Below the pieces are notes generated by a model. The model searched no databases and was not told the DNA's origin. It worked only from the letters and a program-made list of their open reading frames with translations. A stretch of DNA of 64,000 bases, taken from a virus. The stretch is from the IMG/VR virus record IMGVR_UViG_3300043444_000140, positions 1 to 64,000 of that record; one strand, written 5' to 3'. A program made the position numbers and the translations under genes. The number at the start of each line of letters is the position of its first letter. The stretch's first letter is position 1. This document shows positions 9,863-19,144 of the stretch, piece after piece.

Positions 9863-10049
9863 TGGTCAGTTCCTCTTCTTTCTCTGCCTGTGCTGCTTCC
9901 GCAATCATCATAAAGCGGTTGTAGATTACGGTTGGTGCTATTCGTGCTAGATAAATGCCTACTCTGTCTAAGTCAATCGTTAGGTGTCCAATCAGTTTGG
10001 TTATCGCATTTACAATCTTTTCTTCGTCTGTGGTTATTCTTCGTCTCAT
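9834..10049 (-). CDS. Hypothetical protein
   Basis: TTGACT-N17-TACAAT promoter, AGGA RBS. Confidence 0.6.
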   Translation of the reverse strand: MRRRITTDEEKIVNAITKLIGHLTIDLDRVGIYLARIAPTVIYNRFMMIAEAAQAEKEEELTNERQDTIYY

Positions 10050-10093
10050 TTGGTTTCCTATTCAGTTATACCGTTCCATTGTATCAAAAGTAA

Positions 10094-10210
10094 GGGGGCA
10101 AGTCAAGAGTAAGAAAGGTAACTCCTAACCTGCCCCCTGTGTAGTACGATAGTCAACCCCTTAACTATTTCCGTACTACTCTCCCTAGGAGCAATGCTCA
10201 ACCAGGGAAG
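10094..10210 (-). ncRNA. Three consecutive stem-loops (candidate structured 3'-UTR or sRNA)
   Basis: AGGGGGCA/TGCCCCCT, GTAGTACG/CGTACTAC, TCCCT/AGGGA stems. Confidence 0.45.
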
Positions 10211-10219
10211 TCTATTAAG

Positions 10220-10576
10220 TTAATCTTTGTACTTGGGGAATGATTCTAAGTATTGTTTAATACTGTCTGGCATTACGTCCCAATAATCCTTGAGGTACCC
10301 AGACATGCCGTACCATGCATCCCCACCTTCAAAGTACTCGTCGTTGTTGAGTCCTAGTGCACGAATTTCTTCAGCAGTCAACGATCGTGCCTCGCTAGCC
10401 TCCTCGTGTCCTGCATTCTCGTATGTGTACACGTGAATCATCCATGAGGTTGGGTCGTAGTACCATTCTCCAGTACGTGGGTCCTCCTCCTCACGCATGA
10501 AGATGTTAAGGTCGTAGTCGTACTCGGTCCTGCCTGCATTCCTGTTACGCAATGATGTCTGCATTGTCTTCTCCAT
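10220..10576 (-). CDS. Hypothetical acidic protein
   Basis: ORF in leftward operon; start probably at the second Met. Confidence 0.6.
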   Translation of the reverse strand: MEKTMQTSLRNRNAGRTEYDYDLNIFMREEEDPRTGEWYYDPTSWMIHVYTYENAGHEEASEARSLTAEEIRALGLNNDEYFEGGDAWYGMSGYLKDYWDVMPDSIKQYLESFPKYKD

Positions 10577-10973
10577 AAATCGCTTTCAAATCTTCAACAG
10601 TATCAATAGGGATGTTGATGTCTCCGTACTCACATTCGGTACAGTCTGGGTTACCGTCTTCAAAGCCCTCTTCGTCTGTACAGTCACAACGACGAGCACA
10701 CCAAGTAGGAACCTCTGTCCACTCGTCTTCCCAAGGGTTCTCGGTAATGTAGTAATGGATACGGTTTACGAAATGATAACCAGCGACAATGTAAGTACCC
10801 TCGTCGCCGTCTACCTCTGTCCAGATGTTCCTGTTGTCTGCTTTCTGAACGAACTCAAACTCCTCGCCATAAGTCTCAAAGTGAATAAGGCTGTCATCTG
10901 GATACTTGCTAATCTTGTTCTTGATTGGCTTGAAGGTATCTACCCAAGCGTCGTAGGTATAAAACTTGCTCAT
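10545..10973 (-). CDS. Hypothetical protein with C-terminal Cys motif
   Basis: CDC...CxxC; purine-rich RBS. Confidence 0.65.
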   Translation of the reverse strand: MSKFYTYDAWVDTFKPIKNKISKYPDDSLIHFETYGEEFEFVQKADNRNIWTEVDGDEGTYIVAGYHFVNRIHYYITENPWEDEWTEVPTWCARRCDCTDEEGFEDGNPDCTECEYGDINIPIDTVEDLKAIYGEDNADIIA

Positions 10974-10986
10974 TGGGGTCTCTCTC

Positions 10987-11523
10987 TTAGAAGTGGAAGT
11001 CTACAGGTACAAGATACCATACATCTGGGTTCTTGTCAATATCTTCAAGAAGATATTTCGTATTAGTACTTTGGTTGTCCATGTCAAAGAAGTAAGAGTT
11101 GAAATCCCATTCTCCATACGCCATGTCAATAACCTTCTTCAACTCATAGAGTTTCTGGAAGTGTTCAAAGTTCATCTGGTGTGGGTTATAGTCACTGATT
11201 ACCTTATCAATGATAGAGATATCTGTATGCTCAACATAGCGGTCAAACTCTGCCTTACGGCTTTCCATTGCTAGGTTGATACGCTCTACGAACTTATCCT
11301 TATCAGTACCAGCATGGATAATCATATTGGTCTTGCCCTCGGTATATGCCTCGGAAAAGTCATCGCTCTCACCTACATTCCAACGTCCGCCACCTACGAC
11401 AAACCAATCAAACCAACCACTCTGGTAGTCTGGGTTCAACATGTCATCAAGGTTGCTTCCGACGGTACGGTAAGCCTCGTCAACGTCATCTGCCTGTACA
11501 GCAATCCATTGTAATACGTGCAT
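10987..11523 (-). CDS. Hypothetical protein (FDWFVVGGGRW...LVPVDFH type)
   Basis: TTGACA-N17-TAAAAT promoter, AGAAAG RBS. Confidence 0.7.
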   Translation of the reverse strand: MHVLQWIAVQADDVDEAYRTVGSNLDDMLNPDYQSGWFDWFVVGGGRWNVGESDDFSEAYTEGKTNMIIHAGTDKDKFVERINLAMESRKAEFDRYVEHTDISIIDKVISDYNPHQMNFEHFQKLYELKKVIDMAYGEWDFNSYFFDMDNQSTNTKYLLEDIDKNPDVWYLVPVDFHF

Positions 11524-11555
11524 GGGGTTTCTTTCTCTAAGGGTTATACTCTATT

Positions 11556-12110
11556 TTACAGGATAGCGTTAGCGTTGTCAACTACCTCACGCAAATCAAG
11601 ATCTAGTCTTGCTCGGACAAACCCCTGTAGGTATTCCTCATGGGTAGGTAGTTTGTCTAGTGGGAACTCTACAGTTACCCCACCATGCTGACTAATAAAC
11701 TTATTAGTGTGGTAGTCTACAGTATAGACACCCTCACAGAATAGGTCGTCATTCTCAAACTCACGCTCGTCTACAAGTGGAACAGTTCCAGCAGACCAGC
11801 GAACTACGTTTAGGATGTCGCCACAAGTATCTCTACTAAAACTAGGAAGCATAGAAGAAAACTTCTTCAAGTGCGTAGTTTCGGGGTAGCGAGTATTGTA
11901 GTCATTATAGATAACTTCTCTATCAGTATCAGAGATAAAGTAACACTTGTCTAGTGCCAACTCCAACTCTTCTACAGCATAGCGGTCAGTAGTAAGGATA
12001 GATAGAATCTTGACACCCTGTCCCTCTGGATAGTGGTCCCATTGTCCGTATTGTGCTACTTTTAGGATGTTGTCTTTGTCAATTACTTTAGTTAGTCCAC
12101 GAGTTCCCAT
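11556..12110 (-). CDS. Hypothetical protein (MGTRG...QYGQWDHYPEG)
   Basis: AGAAAGG RBS before MGTRG at 12110. Confidence 0.7.
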   Translation of the reverse strand: MGTRGLTKVIDKDNILKVAQYGQWDHYPEGQGVKILSILTTDRYAVEELELALDKCYFISDTDREVIYNDYNTRYPETTHLKKFSSMLPSFSRDTCGDILNVVRWSAGTVPLVDEREFENDDLFCEGVYTVDYHTNKFISQHGGVTVEFPLDKLPTHEEYLQGFVRARLDLDLREVVDNANAIL

Positions 12111-12242
12111 TTGGGAAATCCTTTCTATTGGGGTTTGATACATCAATTATCTCAAATTTTGGGGAAAAAGTCAATAGGTTCGTAAAGGTATTTTGATCTT
12201 TATTTATATTATGTAAGGCTGATCGACCCCGAAGGGTCCCTG

Positions 12243-13366
12243 TTACAGGAATTCGAATGGGTCGGTATCACCGAAGTAGTCTTCGAAGTCTGCTAGGCTA
12301 GGGATGTTCTCCCCACCAAACAAATCATTCCAAACACTACCACCCTGACCATCTGCGTTCATCTCCTGACGCTCGTAGATGTCAAATGCGATTGGCTCAC
12401 TCATAGGTTTCCTCCTCAATTGGTGCGAACATCTGCTGTGCTCTGCGGTATGTCTTGTAGTCCCAAGTCTTTACGATTTCCCAGATACGTTCCATAGCAG
12501 CCTCTTGCTCTGCCAGTTTCTGCTCAATGGTTTCCATACTTTATCTTCCTATTCATCTTCTTGAACCAATTGTCATTTGCCATAGCCTCAATCCTATCAA
12601 ACTTGTCAATCATCTCTGAGAGGATATCTCGGTAGTAGTATGCCTGTTGCTGGTGAGTATAGTTCATATACTCTTCGTGTGCCTCGTTGCTAGCCATACT
12701 AGCATACTTAGCAATCCTTTTACTCTTCATCTTCATCTCCAAAGAAGTCAGCCCAGACATCTGTCTCCGTGACTCCGTCGCCATAGACTTCATCACGCAT
12801 ATATTCTAGGATATACTTTGCTCCCTCATTGAAAGCGTCTTGTTTTATTTTATCTAGTTCATTCATAGTATCTATTGTATCCTTACCTACTGACATTTAT
12901 TGTGTCCGATTCGTTTGTAGTAACTCTTCCATGTTTTGTAGCATTCCGTGCATTGGTATAAATCATAAGCAAGATCAGTTTTAATCTTCCTGGTTCGTAT
13001 CATTCATCATCCTTAGATAGTTCGTTGCCTGTTCGTGTTCCCATGGTTGGCAGGTTGGGCAATACTCTTGTTCTGCCTCGCAAATGTCGCAGAACGGATT
13101 ACAATCAAATGCTCCCTCGTGTCGGGGGCATACGATAGATTCGTGTTCAGTATTTAGGCATAGCATTAGCAAGAACCGTCATTTGGAATCTGGTCTTCTG
13201 GCACACCCATCATACGCAATACTGATTGGCTTCTTCCGATAAGACCCTCTAGGTAATCACCAAAGTTATCGTTGATGTCAAGACCCTCTTTCTCTTTTAT
13301 GAAAACCTTAGTATCCATAATTAGATAATCTATAATCTGTTGATTTGTCATTGGCTTGTCAGTCAT
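12243..13366 (-). other. Cluster of small leftward ORFs (e.g. 12243..12404, 12397..12537, 12981..13172, 13166..13366)
   Basis: Coupled starts/stops, RBSs, AATGTC-class promoters at 12892 and 13408. Confidence 0.55.
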
Positions 13367-13379
13367 TGTGGTTCCTTTC

Positions 13380-13796
13380 CTATGCGTCTATTGTATCTGA
13401 TACCACGGACATTGATTGGTCATACCCTCTAGCATAGTTCTGCCATAGAGCAAGGTTGTTCTCAAGGCGGTCTCCGAATACCCTCACAAAGTCAGCAAGG
13501 TCAATAGTCTTGTCAGAGATTAGAGGCTTCAGTTCCTCAATGGTGATGTCTTGGTATCCGCTGTTGAATTGACCTGCGTGGTAGTTTACAGGCACAAGTC
13601 CCTTGTCATCAGCAAACCAGCCAACGCCCTCGGAAACCACGGTAGCCAAACCATTCTTACCATTCACTACTACCATAGGTTCAGCAGTAATCTCTGTATC
13701 CTGATTAGAATAACGACTCTTGATAAGAGTAGCAGTCTTCTCTGGGTCTAGTAGGTGAACAATAGTTCCTTTTACACGGTTTTCATATCTTGACAT
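13380..13796 (-). CDS. Hypothetical protein
   Basis: AAAGGAG RBS, promoter at 13841. Confidence 0.7.
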   Translation of the reverse strand: MSRYENRVKGTIVHLLDPEKTATLIKSRYSNQDTEITAEPMVVVNGKNGLATVVSEGVGWFADDKGLVPVNYHAGQFNSGYQDITIEELKPLISDKTIDLADFVRVFGDRLENNLALWQNYARGYDQSMSVVSDTIDA

Positions 13797-14015
13797 TTTG
13801 TCTCCTTTGGGGTTGTGTATCTATTATACGGATACCCTCCGACATTTATAGGTAGCGACACGCCAGAAACTGGGAAAAATATCTGATCTTCGTAATTGAT
13901 TTTTAAATGATTGTATATCTTATTTGCATCGACACATCCCCTGGATCTTGTCAAGTCCCAAATTGGGATAAAGAAAAACCCTCACCGTTTCCAGTGAGGG
14001 CTAATCATTTTTGCT

Positions 14016-15032
14016 TTACGCCATTACGACAGACTGAACAATCTTCATCAGGCGGTTCTTCTCAGCGTTGATTACAGGGTCAAAGCCAGAAGCCGAAGCA
14101 TAAATGCTTTCGTTGTTTCCGCCACGAGAGTTGCGATACCAGTCTAGGCGTTCGGTTAGAGCGTTGTATGCTCCCCAAGCAGTTCCTGAAATGGTGTTGT
14201 TGAATTGTCCAACATAAATGTCGTTGAGCAAGTCAATCTTGCTGTCATACTTCTTGACAGAACCCTTAGCATCTTTTTCTGGGGCAGGGTAGGCAAGTTC
14301 AACAATCTTGTCAAAGTCAGCCTTAGTGATTTCTTTTTCAATCATAGCGTTAGCCATAAGTGAGAACTCGTCAATGTAAGTCTTAGCCAAGCCAAGAGCC
14401 TCACGAGCAACCGCAATCTTACCCTCAGCAGTCTGAGTGTGTCGGATTTTGAAAGTTTGCTTGACAGACTTCTTGCCCTTGAAAGCAGATAGAGCAAGGT
14501 TGAGAGTGTTAGCACAAACAACACGAACAGGCGTGATACTTGCCTGAATAGCAATAGAGCCATCGTGGCTAGTGTTGATTAGCAGGTAGTTGTCAATCTT
14601 GTCAGCACGACCATTAGGGTCTAGGGTAATGCTGTCTTGTAGAGCGATAGAGCCAAACACGACACGACCGTTCTTGATAGAGCCAGCAGTTTCCCAACGA
14701 CCGCCACCGTCTAGCAGGTTGTCACCAAATGAGAACAAGTCCTCGTTCTGAAGTGGAACATAACGCTCACCAACAACGCCAAGAACATCATTCTGGCTAC
14801 GGTCAAATGGGTTAGTTCGGGTAACGAATGAGTAAGACTTGTCAGATGAAAAGCCGTCTGGCAATGATACGTCCTCAAGGCGAACATTCCAATCGTTCAA
14901 GTGAGCAAGCGACAACATCTCGCTAGTGTTTACCTCGTTCTCGAATACGGTTCCGAGGTTGTGCCAAGCAGGCTGGCGGAGAGAAGCGAAAGCAACTTCG
15001 CCGTTCTGTCCGATTTCTAGGTCGTGAGCCAT
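14016..15032 (-). CDS. DUF932 / TIGR03299-family protein
   Basis: PAWHNLG, LGVVGERYVPLQN, ETAGS, SHDGS, TPVRVVCANT, IRHT, GTAWGAYNA motifs; AGAAAGG RBS; terminator at ~13977-14000. Confidence 0.9.
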   Translation of the reverse strand: MAHDLEIGQNGEVAFASLRQPAWHNLGTVFENEVNTSEMLSLAHLNDWNVRLEDVSLPDGFSSDKSYSFVTRTNPFDRSQNDVLGVVGERYVPLQNEDLFSFGDNLLDGGGRWETAGSIKNGRVVFGSIALQDSITLDPNGRADKIDNYLLINTSHDGSIAIQASITPVRVVCANTLNLALSAFKGKKSVKQTFKIRHTQTAEGKIAVAREALGLAKTYIDEFSLMANAMIEKEITKADFDKIVELAYPAPEKDAKGSVKKYDSKIDLLNDIYVGQFNNTISGTAWGAYNALTERLDWYRNSRGGNNESIYASASGFDPVINAEKNRLMKIVQSVVMA

Positions 15033-15182
15033 AAGGTTCACCTTTCTGTTAGTGGGGATTTCTGATAAGTCTATTATCCCAAATAAACATAAGTTTGTCA
15101 ATACTATTTGGGAAAAACTTTTGGCGTGTCGTAAACCCGATCTTAATCCAATGTCAGGGGCTGGGGGTCGATCCCCGAAGGG

Positions 15183-15213
15183 AGGCAGTTTACGTAGACA
15201 TGCCTAGGTCGTT
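15183..15213 (-). ncRNA. H-type pseudoknot copy 1
   Basis: GAC CU AGGCA U GUC UACGU AAAC UGCCU. Confidence 0.55.
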
Positions 15214-15244
15214 TGCACAGGGGGTAAAGAAAGGTTAAGAACCC

Positions 15245-15670
15245 CTATGCATCCTTACTCCAGATAATGTCGGTCTGGAAGTCACTGATAGTGCTGTGGG
15301 TAACCTCAAAGTCAAAGTCCCACTCTGGGTCTGGTTCCTCGCCAATCTCGTACTCAACATCAATGGTGAAGGTAACATTAACCTCAACCTGCTTGGTCTT
15401 GGTTAGTTCAACGCCCAACTGCTCCGCAATGTACTTGACAGTGTCCTCGTCGTGGTCCTCAAGTGCCTCAACAAGTACAGTCTTGACTTTGGCTTCGTAT
15501 GCCCACTTCTCATTGCGAATGCGGTTGATAGTTTCAATACGTTGTGAATCTAGTTCAAGACCCTTCGCAACTTTTGATTCAAGGTCAGCAATCTTCTCGT
15601 TCAACTGCTGTAGTACAGGGTGGGTGTTAGGGACGTAGTCGCCAACAGTTCCAGTAATCATTTCATCCAT
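15245..15670 (-). CDS. Hypothetical coiled-coil/acidic protein
   Basis: Promoter at 15718, AGAAAG RBS. Confidence 0.7.
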   Translation of the reverse strand: MDEMITGTVGDYVPNTHPVLQQLNEKIADLESKVAKGLELDSQRIETINRIRNEKWAYEAKVKTVLVEALEDHDEDTVKYIAEQLGVELTKTKQVEVNVTFTIDVEYEIGEEPDPEWDFDFEVTHSTISDFQTDIIWSKDA

Positions 15671-15721
15671 GGGTTCTTCTTTCTTTTGGTTAGGGTCTAA
15701 TTATACAGTGGGGGTCAGACA

Positions 15722-15949
15722 TTATGGCTTGTAGTCTAGAAGAATGTCTTGTGGGACTTCTCTGCCATACTCCCAGATAAGGCTCTCGTCAGCCCAATCG
15801 CCCTCGTCGCTAGGGTTGCCGTCTTCGTCTAGGTATCCCCATTCCTTAGCAATCTCTTCGGGTAGGTCATCAGTGTCAAGAACAAATAGTGAACGCTTGG
15901 TCTCAAAACGCCACCAGTCGCCATTCTCGTTTGCGATAAAAATTGCCAT
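15722..15949 (-). CDS. Hypothetical acidic protein
   Basis: AGAAAGGA RBS before MAIFIA; promoter at 15996. Confidence 0.65.
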   Translation of the reverse strand: MAIFIANENGDWWRFETKRSLFVLDTDDLPEEIAKEWGYLDEDGNPSDEGDWADESLIWEYGREVPQDILLDYKP

Positions 15950-16109
15950 TAGTTGTTCCTTTCTTTGCGATGTATCTATTATGCCATAGCCCTCCGACAT
16001 TTTGGGGATTTCGTAAGGTGTGTCGTAATTGAAATCGTCGATACCACCAGGATCATCGACCCCGAACCACCACAAAAGTCAAGCCTGGTTTTTGACTAAT
16101 GTGGTGTGG

Positions 16110-16139
16110 TGAGCCGTTTAGACACTTGCTCAGGTGTTT
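16110..16139 (-). ncRNA. H-type pseudoknot copy 2
   Basis: ACAC CU GAGCA A GUGU CU AAAC GGCUC. Confidence 0.55.
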
Positions 16140-16157
16140 AGGCGTAAGCCTATGGTT

Positions 16158-16607
16158 TTACAGCAAGTCCATTACAGACGAGTAGGTAGAAGCATTTACT
16201 TCTTCCTGCTGGGTCAGTTTGAGAACACGCAAGGTCTTCTCCAACATCTCCAAAGGTGTCGCATACTCACGACCAAATGAACGGCGAGAGTTCTGGTCTT
16301 CTGGCTTCTTTGGTGCGTCAGGGAAACCAAGTGCTACTCGGTCAATGCGAACATCAACAGAGTTGTTGTAGTCATTAGCAGACACACGAATAGGGTTGTC
16401 GTAGTTGTCGCCAACCAACTCAGGGTTCTCGGTTAGAGCCTTGATAGTTAGAGCAACAAGAGACTTCTTGTATGCGTTGTGGTCTGCTTCATACTGCTTT
16501 ACCAAAGCAGGGTAGTTAGCGGTTGCTTCCTTGATACCAGCAATCTTCTCTTCTACAAGAGCGATTAGAGATGCGGTTGGAACTTTTACAGCCAATGAAC
16601 GAGCCAT
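16158..16607 (-). CDS. Hypothetical protein
   Basis: Promoter at 16668, AGAAAG RBS. Confidence 0.75.
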   Translation of the reverse strand: MARSLAVKVPTASLIALVEEKIAGIKEATANYPALVKQYEADHNAYKKSLVALTIKALTENPELVGDNYDNPIRVSANDYNNSVDVRIDRVALGFPDAPKKPEDQNSRRSFGREYATPLEMLEKTLRVLKLTQQEEVNASTYSSVMDLL

Positions 16608-16752
16608 TAGTTTTCTTCTTTCTTTTAGGGGTTGTTTTGTTATGTGTCTATTGTAGCAATAGCCACCGACATTATACGATTACTCAGGGGCAAGCATTTC
16701 TAGAATACCTACCTCCAAGCAAAAGGGATTAGTTAGACATTTCCATAGTGTG

Positions 16753-16789
16753 TGAGCAGTTTTTTCACAAAGACATACTCAGGTCTTTT
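16753..16789 (-). ncRNA. H-type pseudoknot copy 3
   Basis: AAAGAC CU GAGUA U GUCUUU GUGAAA AAAC UGCUC. Confidence 0.55.
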
Positions 16790-16805
16790 GCCTACTGAAA
16801 GGCTA

Positions 16806-16961
16806 TTACTTTACAGTAGTCCAGCGGTCTTGACCATTTACATCAAGACGAACACGGAACGAACCTGTCTTGTTTGCGATTACTTCCTGAACGATACCAA
16901 CGATACCTGCTCGCTGAGTGGTGAACTGCGAGCCAACAGTAGGGGCGATTACATTTGCCAT
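16806..16961 (-). CDS. 51-aa beta-rich protein (not in ORF track)
   Basis: MANVIAPTVGSQFTTQRAGIVG...RWTTVK; AAAGGA RBS; TTGACT-N17-GAAAAT promoter. Confidence 0.65.
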   Translation of the reverse strand: MANVIAPTVGSQFTTQRAGIVGIVQEVIANKTGSFRVRLDVNGQDRWTTVK

Positions 16962-17302
16962 TTATTGCTTCCTTTGTTTGTAGTTATTATCAACTTTTGC
17001 TGATACTCTATTTTCCCATAGTTGGAAGTGAAAGTCAAGCATTTTCTCAATCTTTTTGTAAAAAGTTTTTATTTATTTCTTGCTCATTTCCAACTACTAA
17101 TAGTATAAGGGTAGCCTCCGACATTTTAGGGATTTGGCACGGCGTGTCGTAAAAAGATCTCGTAAGGTGTTCTAATGTCGGGGGTGGGGGTCGATCCCCT
17201 TTCGGGGTAGGTGATCAGTTATTGCTCAATAATAAACCAGATTATGATAGCGACTATGATTATTCCTATTGCAGTTTCCATACTCTATTATCCCATATCC
17301 CC

Positions 17303-18022
17303 CTACTTTTTACTAGCACTGAATAAAATGTCGTTGCGAGCAAACACACACTGCGAGCAAGCAACACAAGCAGAACCGTTAGTTGAAATCAAAGGCAACT
17401 TGCGATTGTTTTCAGGGCAGGGGATAGCAGACTTATCCTGAATAGTTTTGAAATCTGCCTTGCCTGTAGCAAAGTCTTTAGCAAGATAAGCCAACTTCAC
17501 GTCATACTGTTGCTTCAACTCAAAGCCCAATTCCTTGTTTGCTTCATCAGTTGAAAAGTAAAGTGATAGGTTGTCAATGTTGTTTAGCAACGGAATGGCA
17601 AAATCGCTTCGGGTGTATGCCCAAAATTGAACGGTAGAGTGTTTGCGAATAACATCTGCCCACGCATTAGTGTAATCAACGTTAAAGAAATCGCCGTCCC
17701 AGTGAATACGGAACAACTTTTCGGCATTACGCTTGTCACACTCGGCAACAAATTCGGTAATCATCTCGTCAATGAGGTTATACATCGTTAGGTAATCAGC
17801 GTCTTTGACTTGGTCCCAATTCTTAGTCAACACTTCACGAACGCCCTTGAATACTCGCTCAAGGTTTCCAGCGTAGCAAATCTTTTCACATACTGTGGTT
17901 GCTCCAGGGCATGAGTAAGCCTTACCACTAGGCAAGCCAAAAGTGTTAGCCATACTCGCTTGAGTGCCAGACTTGTTTACTTGGTTTGCTACCTTACGGT
18001 CTTTGCTCCTGATAAGTGCCAT
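17303..18022 (-). CDS. gp88-family (radical-SAM-like Cys motif) protein
   Basis: FGLP...CPGAT..C..ICYA, FRIHWDGDF, FWAYTRS, C-terminal CP...CxxCxxC. Confidence 0.75.
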   Translation of the reverse strand: MALIRSKDRKVANQVNKSGTQASMANTFGLPSGKAYSCPGATTVCEKICYAGNLERVFKGVREVLTKNWDQVKDADYLTMYNLIDEMITEFVAECDKRNAEKLFRIHWDGDFFNVDYTNAWADVIRKHSTVQFWAYTRSDFAIPLLNNIDNLSLYFSTDEANKELGFELKQQYDVKLAYLAKDFATGKADFKTIQDKSAIPCPENNRKLPLISTNGSACVACSQCVFARNDILFSASKK

Positions 18023-18141
18023 TGGGGTCTGCCTTTCTTAGTAGTTCTATTTTACAACTGACCACCGACATTTTGGGGATATTCTTAATCGTGTCGTAAA
18101 TTGATCTTGCACGGAGGGGGTCGACCCCGAAGGGGAGAGGA

Positions 18142-18462
18142 TTACTCCTCGTCCTCCTCGTAGTCGTCAACTAGCCAAGCGTCAAGGTGAGCGTGTTCAA
18201 TAACTGCCCAAGCAGGTGCGTGGTCTGAACCATCACGCCACCTAATCTGGAATGGCTCTCCGTTGCGGTCTACTCCGTCAAACGGTAGTTTGATTAGACG
18301 GTTAGTGTCGTCTTCCCAATAAGCGTCAATAGCCTCAACACAAACTGGAATCATCGCCTGTGGAATTGGTGGATAGTGATTAGCCGATAGGTGAATTGAT
18401 AGTTGTTGCTCTAGCGTAACGTCAAGGTTAGTTGCTAGGTCTAGTGCGGTCATTGCTCCCAT
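18142..18462 (-). CDS. Hypothetical protein
   Basis: HL..NHYPP motif; RBS and promoter at 18511. Confidence 0.7.
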   Translation of the reverse strand: MGAMTALDLATNLDVTLEQQLSIHLSANHYPPIPQAMIPVCVEAIDAYWEDDTNRLIKLPFDGVDRNGEPFQIRWRDGSDHAPAWAVIEHAHLDAWLVDDYEEDEE

Positions 18463-18515
18463 GGTGTTGCCTTTCTTTTGTTTGATAAGTCTATTTTACT
18501 TCAAGCCTCAGACAT

Positions 18516-18959
18516 TTAGTCTTCGTCTTCTTGTGCGTCATCGTAGCAGTCACGACACATCTCGTCATCGTAGACATCGTCATCGCCACACTTCTCGCAA
18601 CGCTCTGTCTGACAGTCCCATCCATCGCAACTTTCTTCGCCACATTCAAGGCACTCGTCAAACTCCCTAGCACCTTGCTCAATCAAAGTTTCAAAGCCCT
18701 CGTTAGGGTCAATACCCTCGGCGGTAGTGGAAACGGCTTCAACAAACTTCAAGCCACAACTCTCGGCATACCAGTGCTTGATAGTTTCATACATCTCACC
18801 AGCAGACATCTCGTCTTTGGTGTATAGAGGGTCATACTCATATTCACGCATTTTGACAACTTGTTCGTCATCCATCAAGACATAGATTTTGTGGCAGGTA
18901 TCAAAGGCAATAGCCTTAGCGTCTTCCATCTTGTCCCAGACTAGTCCCCAGTCAATCAT
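18516..18959 (-). CDS. Hypothetical protein with C-terminal Zn-finger repeats
   Basis: Several CxxC; AAGGAG RBS. Confidence 0.7.
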   Translation of the reverse strand: MIDWGLVWDKMEDAKAIAFDTCHKIYVLMDDEQVVKMREYEYDPLYTKDEMSAGEMYETIKHWYAESCGLKFVEAVSTTAEGIDPNEGFETLIEQGAREFDECLECGEESCDGWDCQTERCEKCGDDDVYDDEMCRDCYDDAQEDED

Positions 18960-19144
18960 TAGTTGCTCTCCTTGTTGTCTAGAATGTCTGCTACTTCATT
19001 TACGCCATCAACTTTGCCAACGGCATAGGCATAGTCAAAGATTTGACGGAAATTTACAATTGTGTAAATAGAAACATCGTGCTTCTCTGCCAACTCCTGA
19101 ATAGGGTTGTAGTAGTTCCAAAACTCTTGCTCTCGCTTGTCCAT
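18959..19144 (-). CDS. Hypothetical protein
   Basis: AGAAAGGA RBS, promoter at 19187. Confidence 0.65.
   Translation of the reverse strand: MDKREQEFWNYYNPIQELAEKHDVSIYTIVNFRQIFDYAYAVGKVDGVNEVADILDNKESN

Noticed and set aside
15183-16789. Hammerhead or pistol ribozyme for the CU...AAAC motif
   Set aside because: No CUGANGA/GAAA core or three-way junction; it fits a simple pseudoknot
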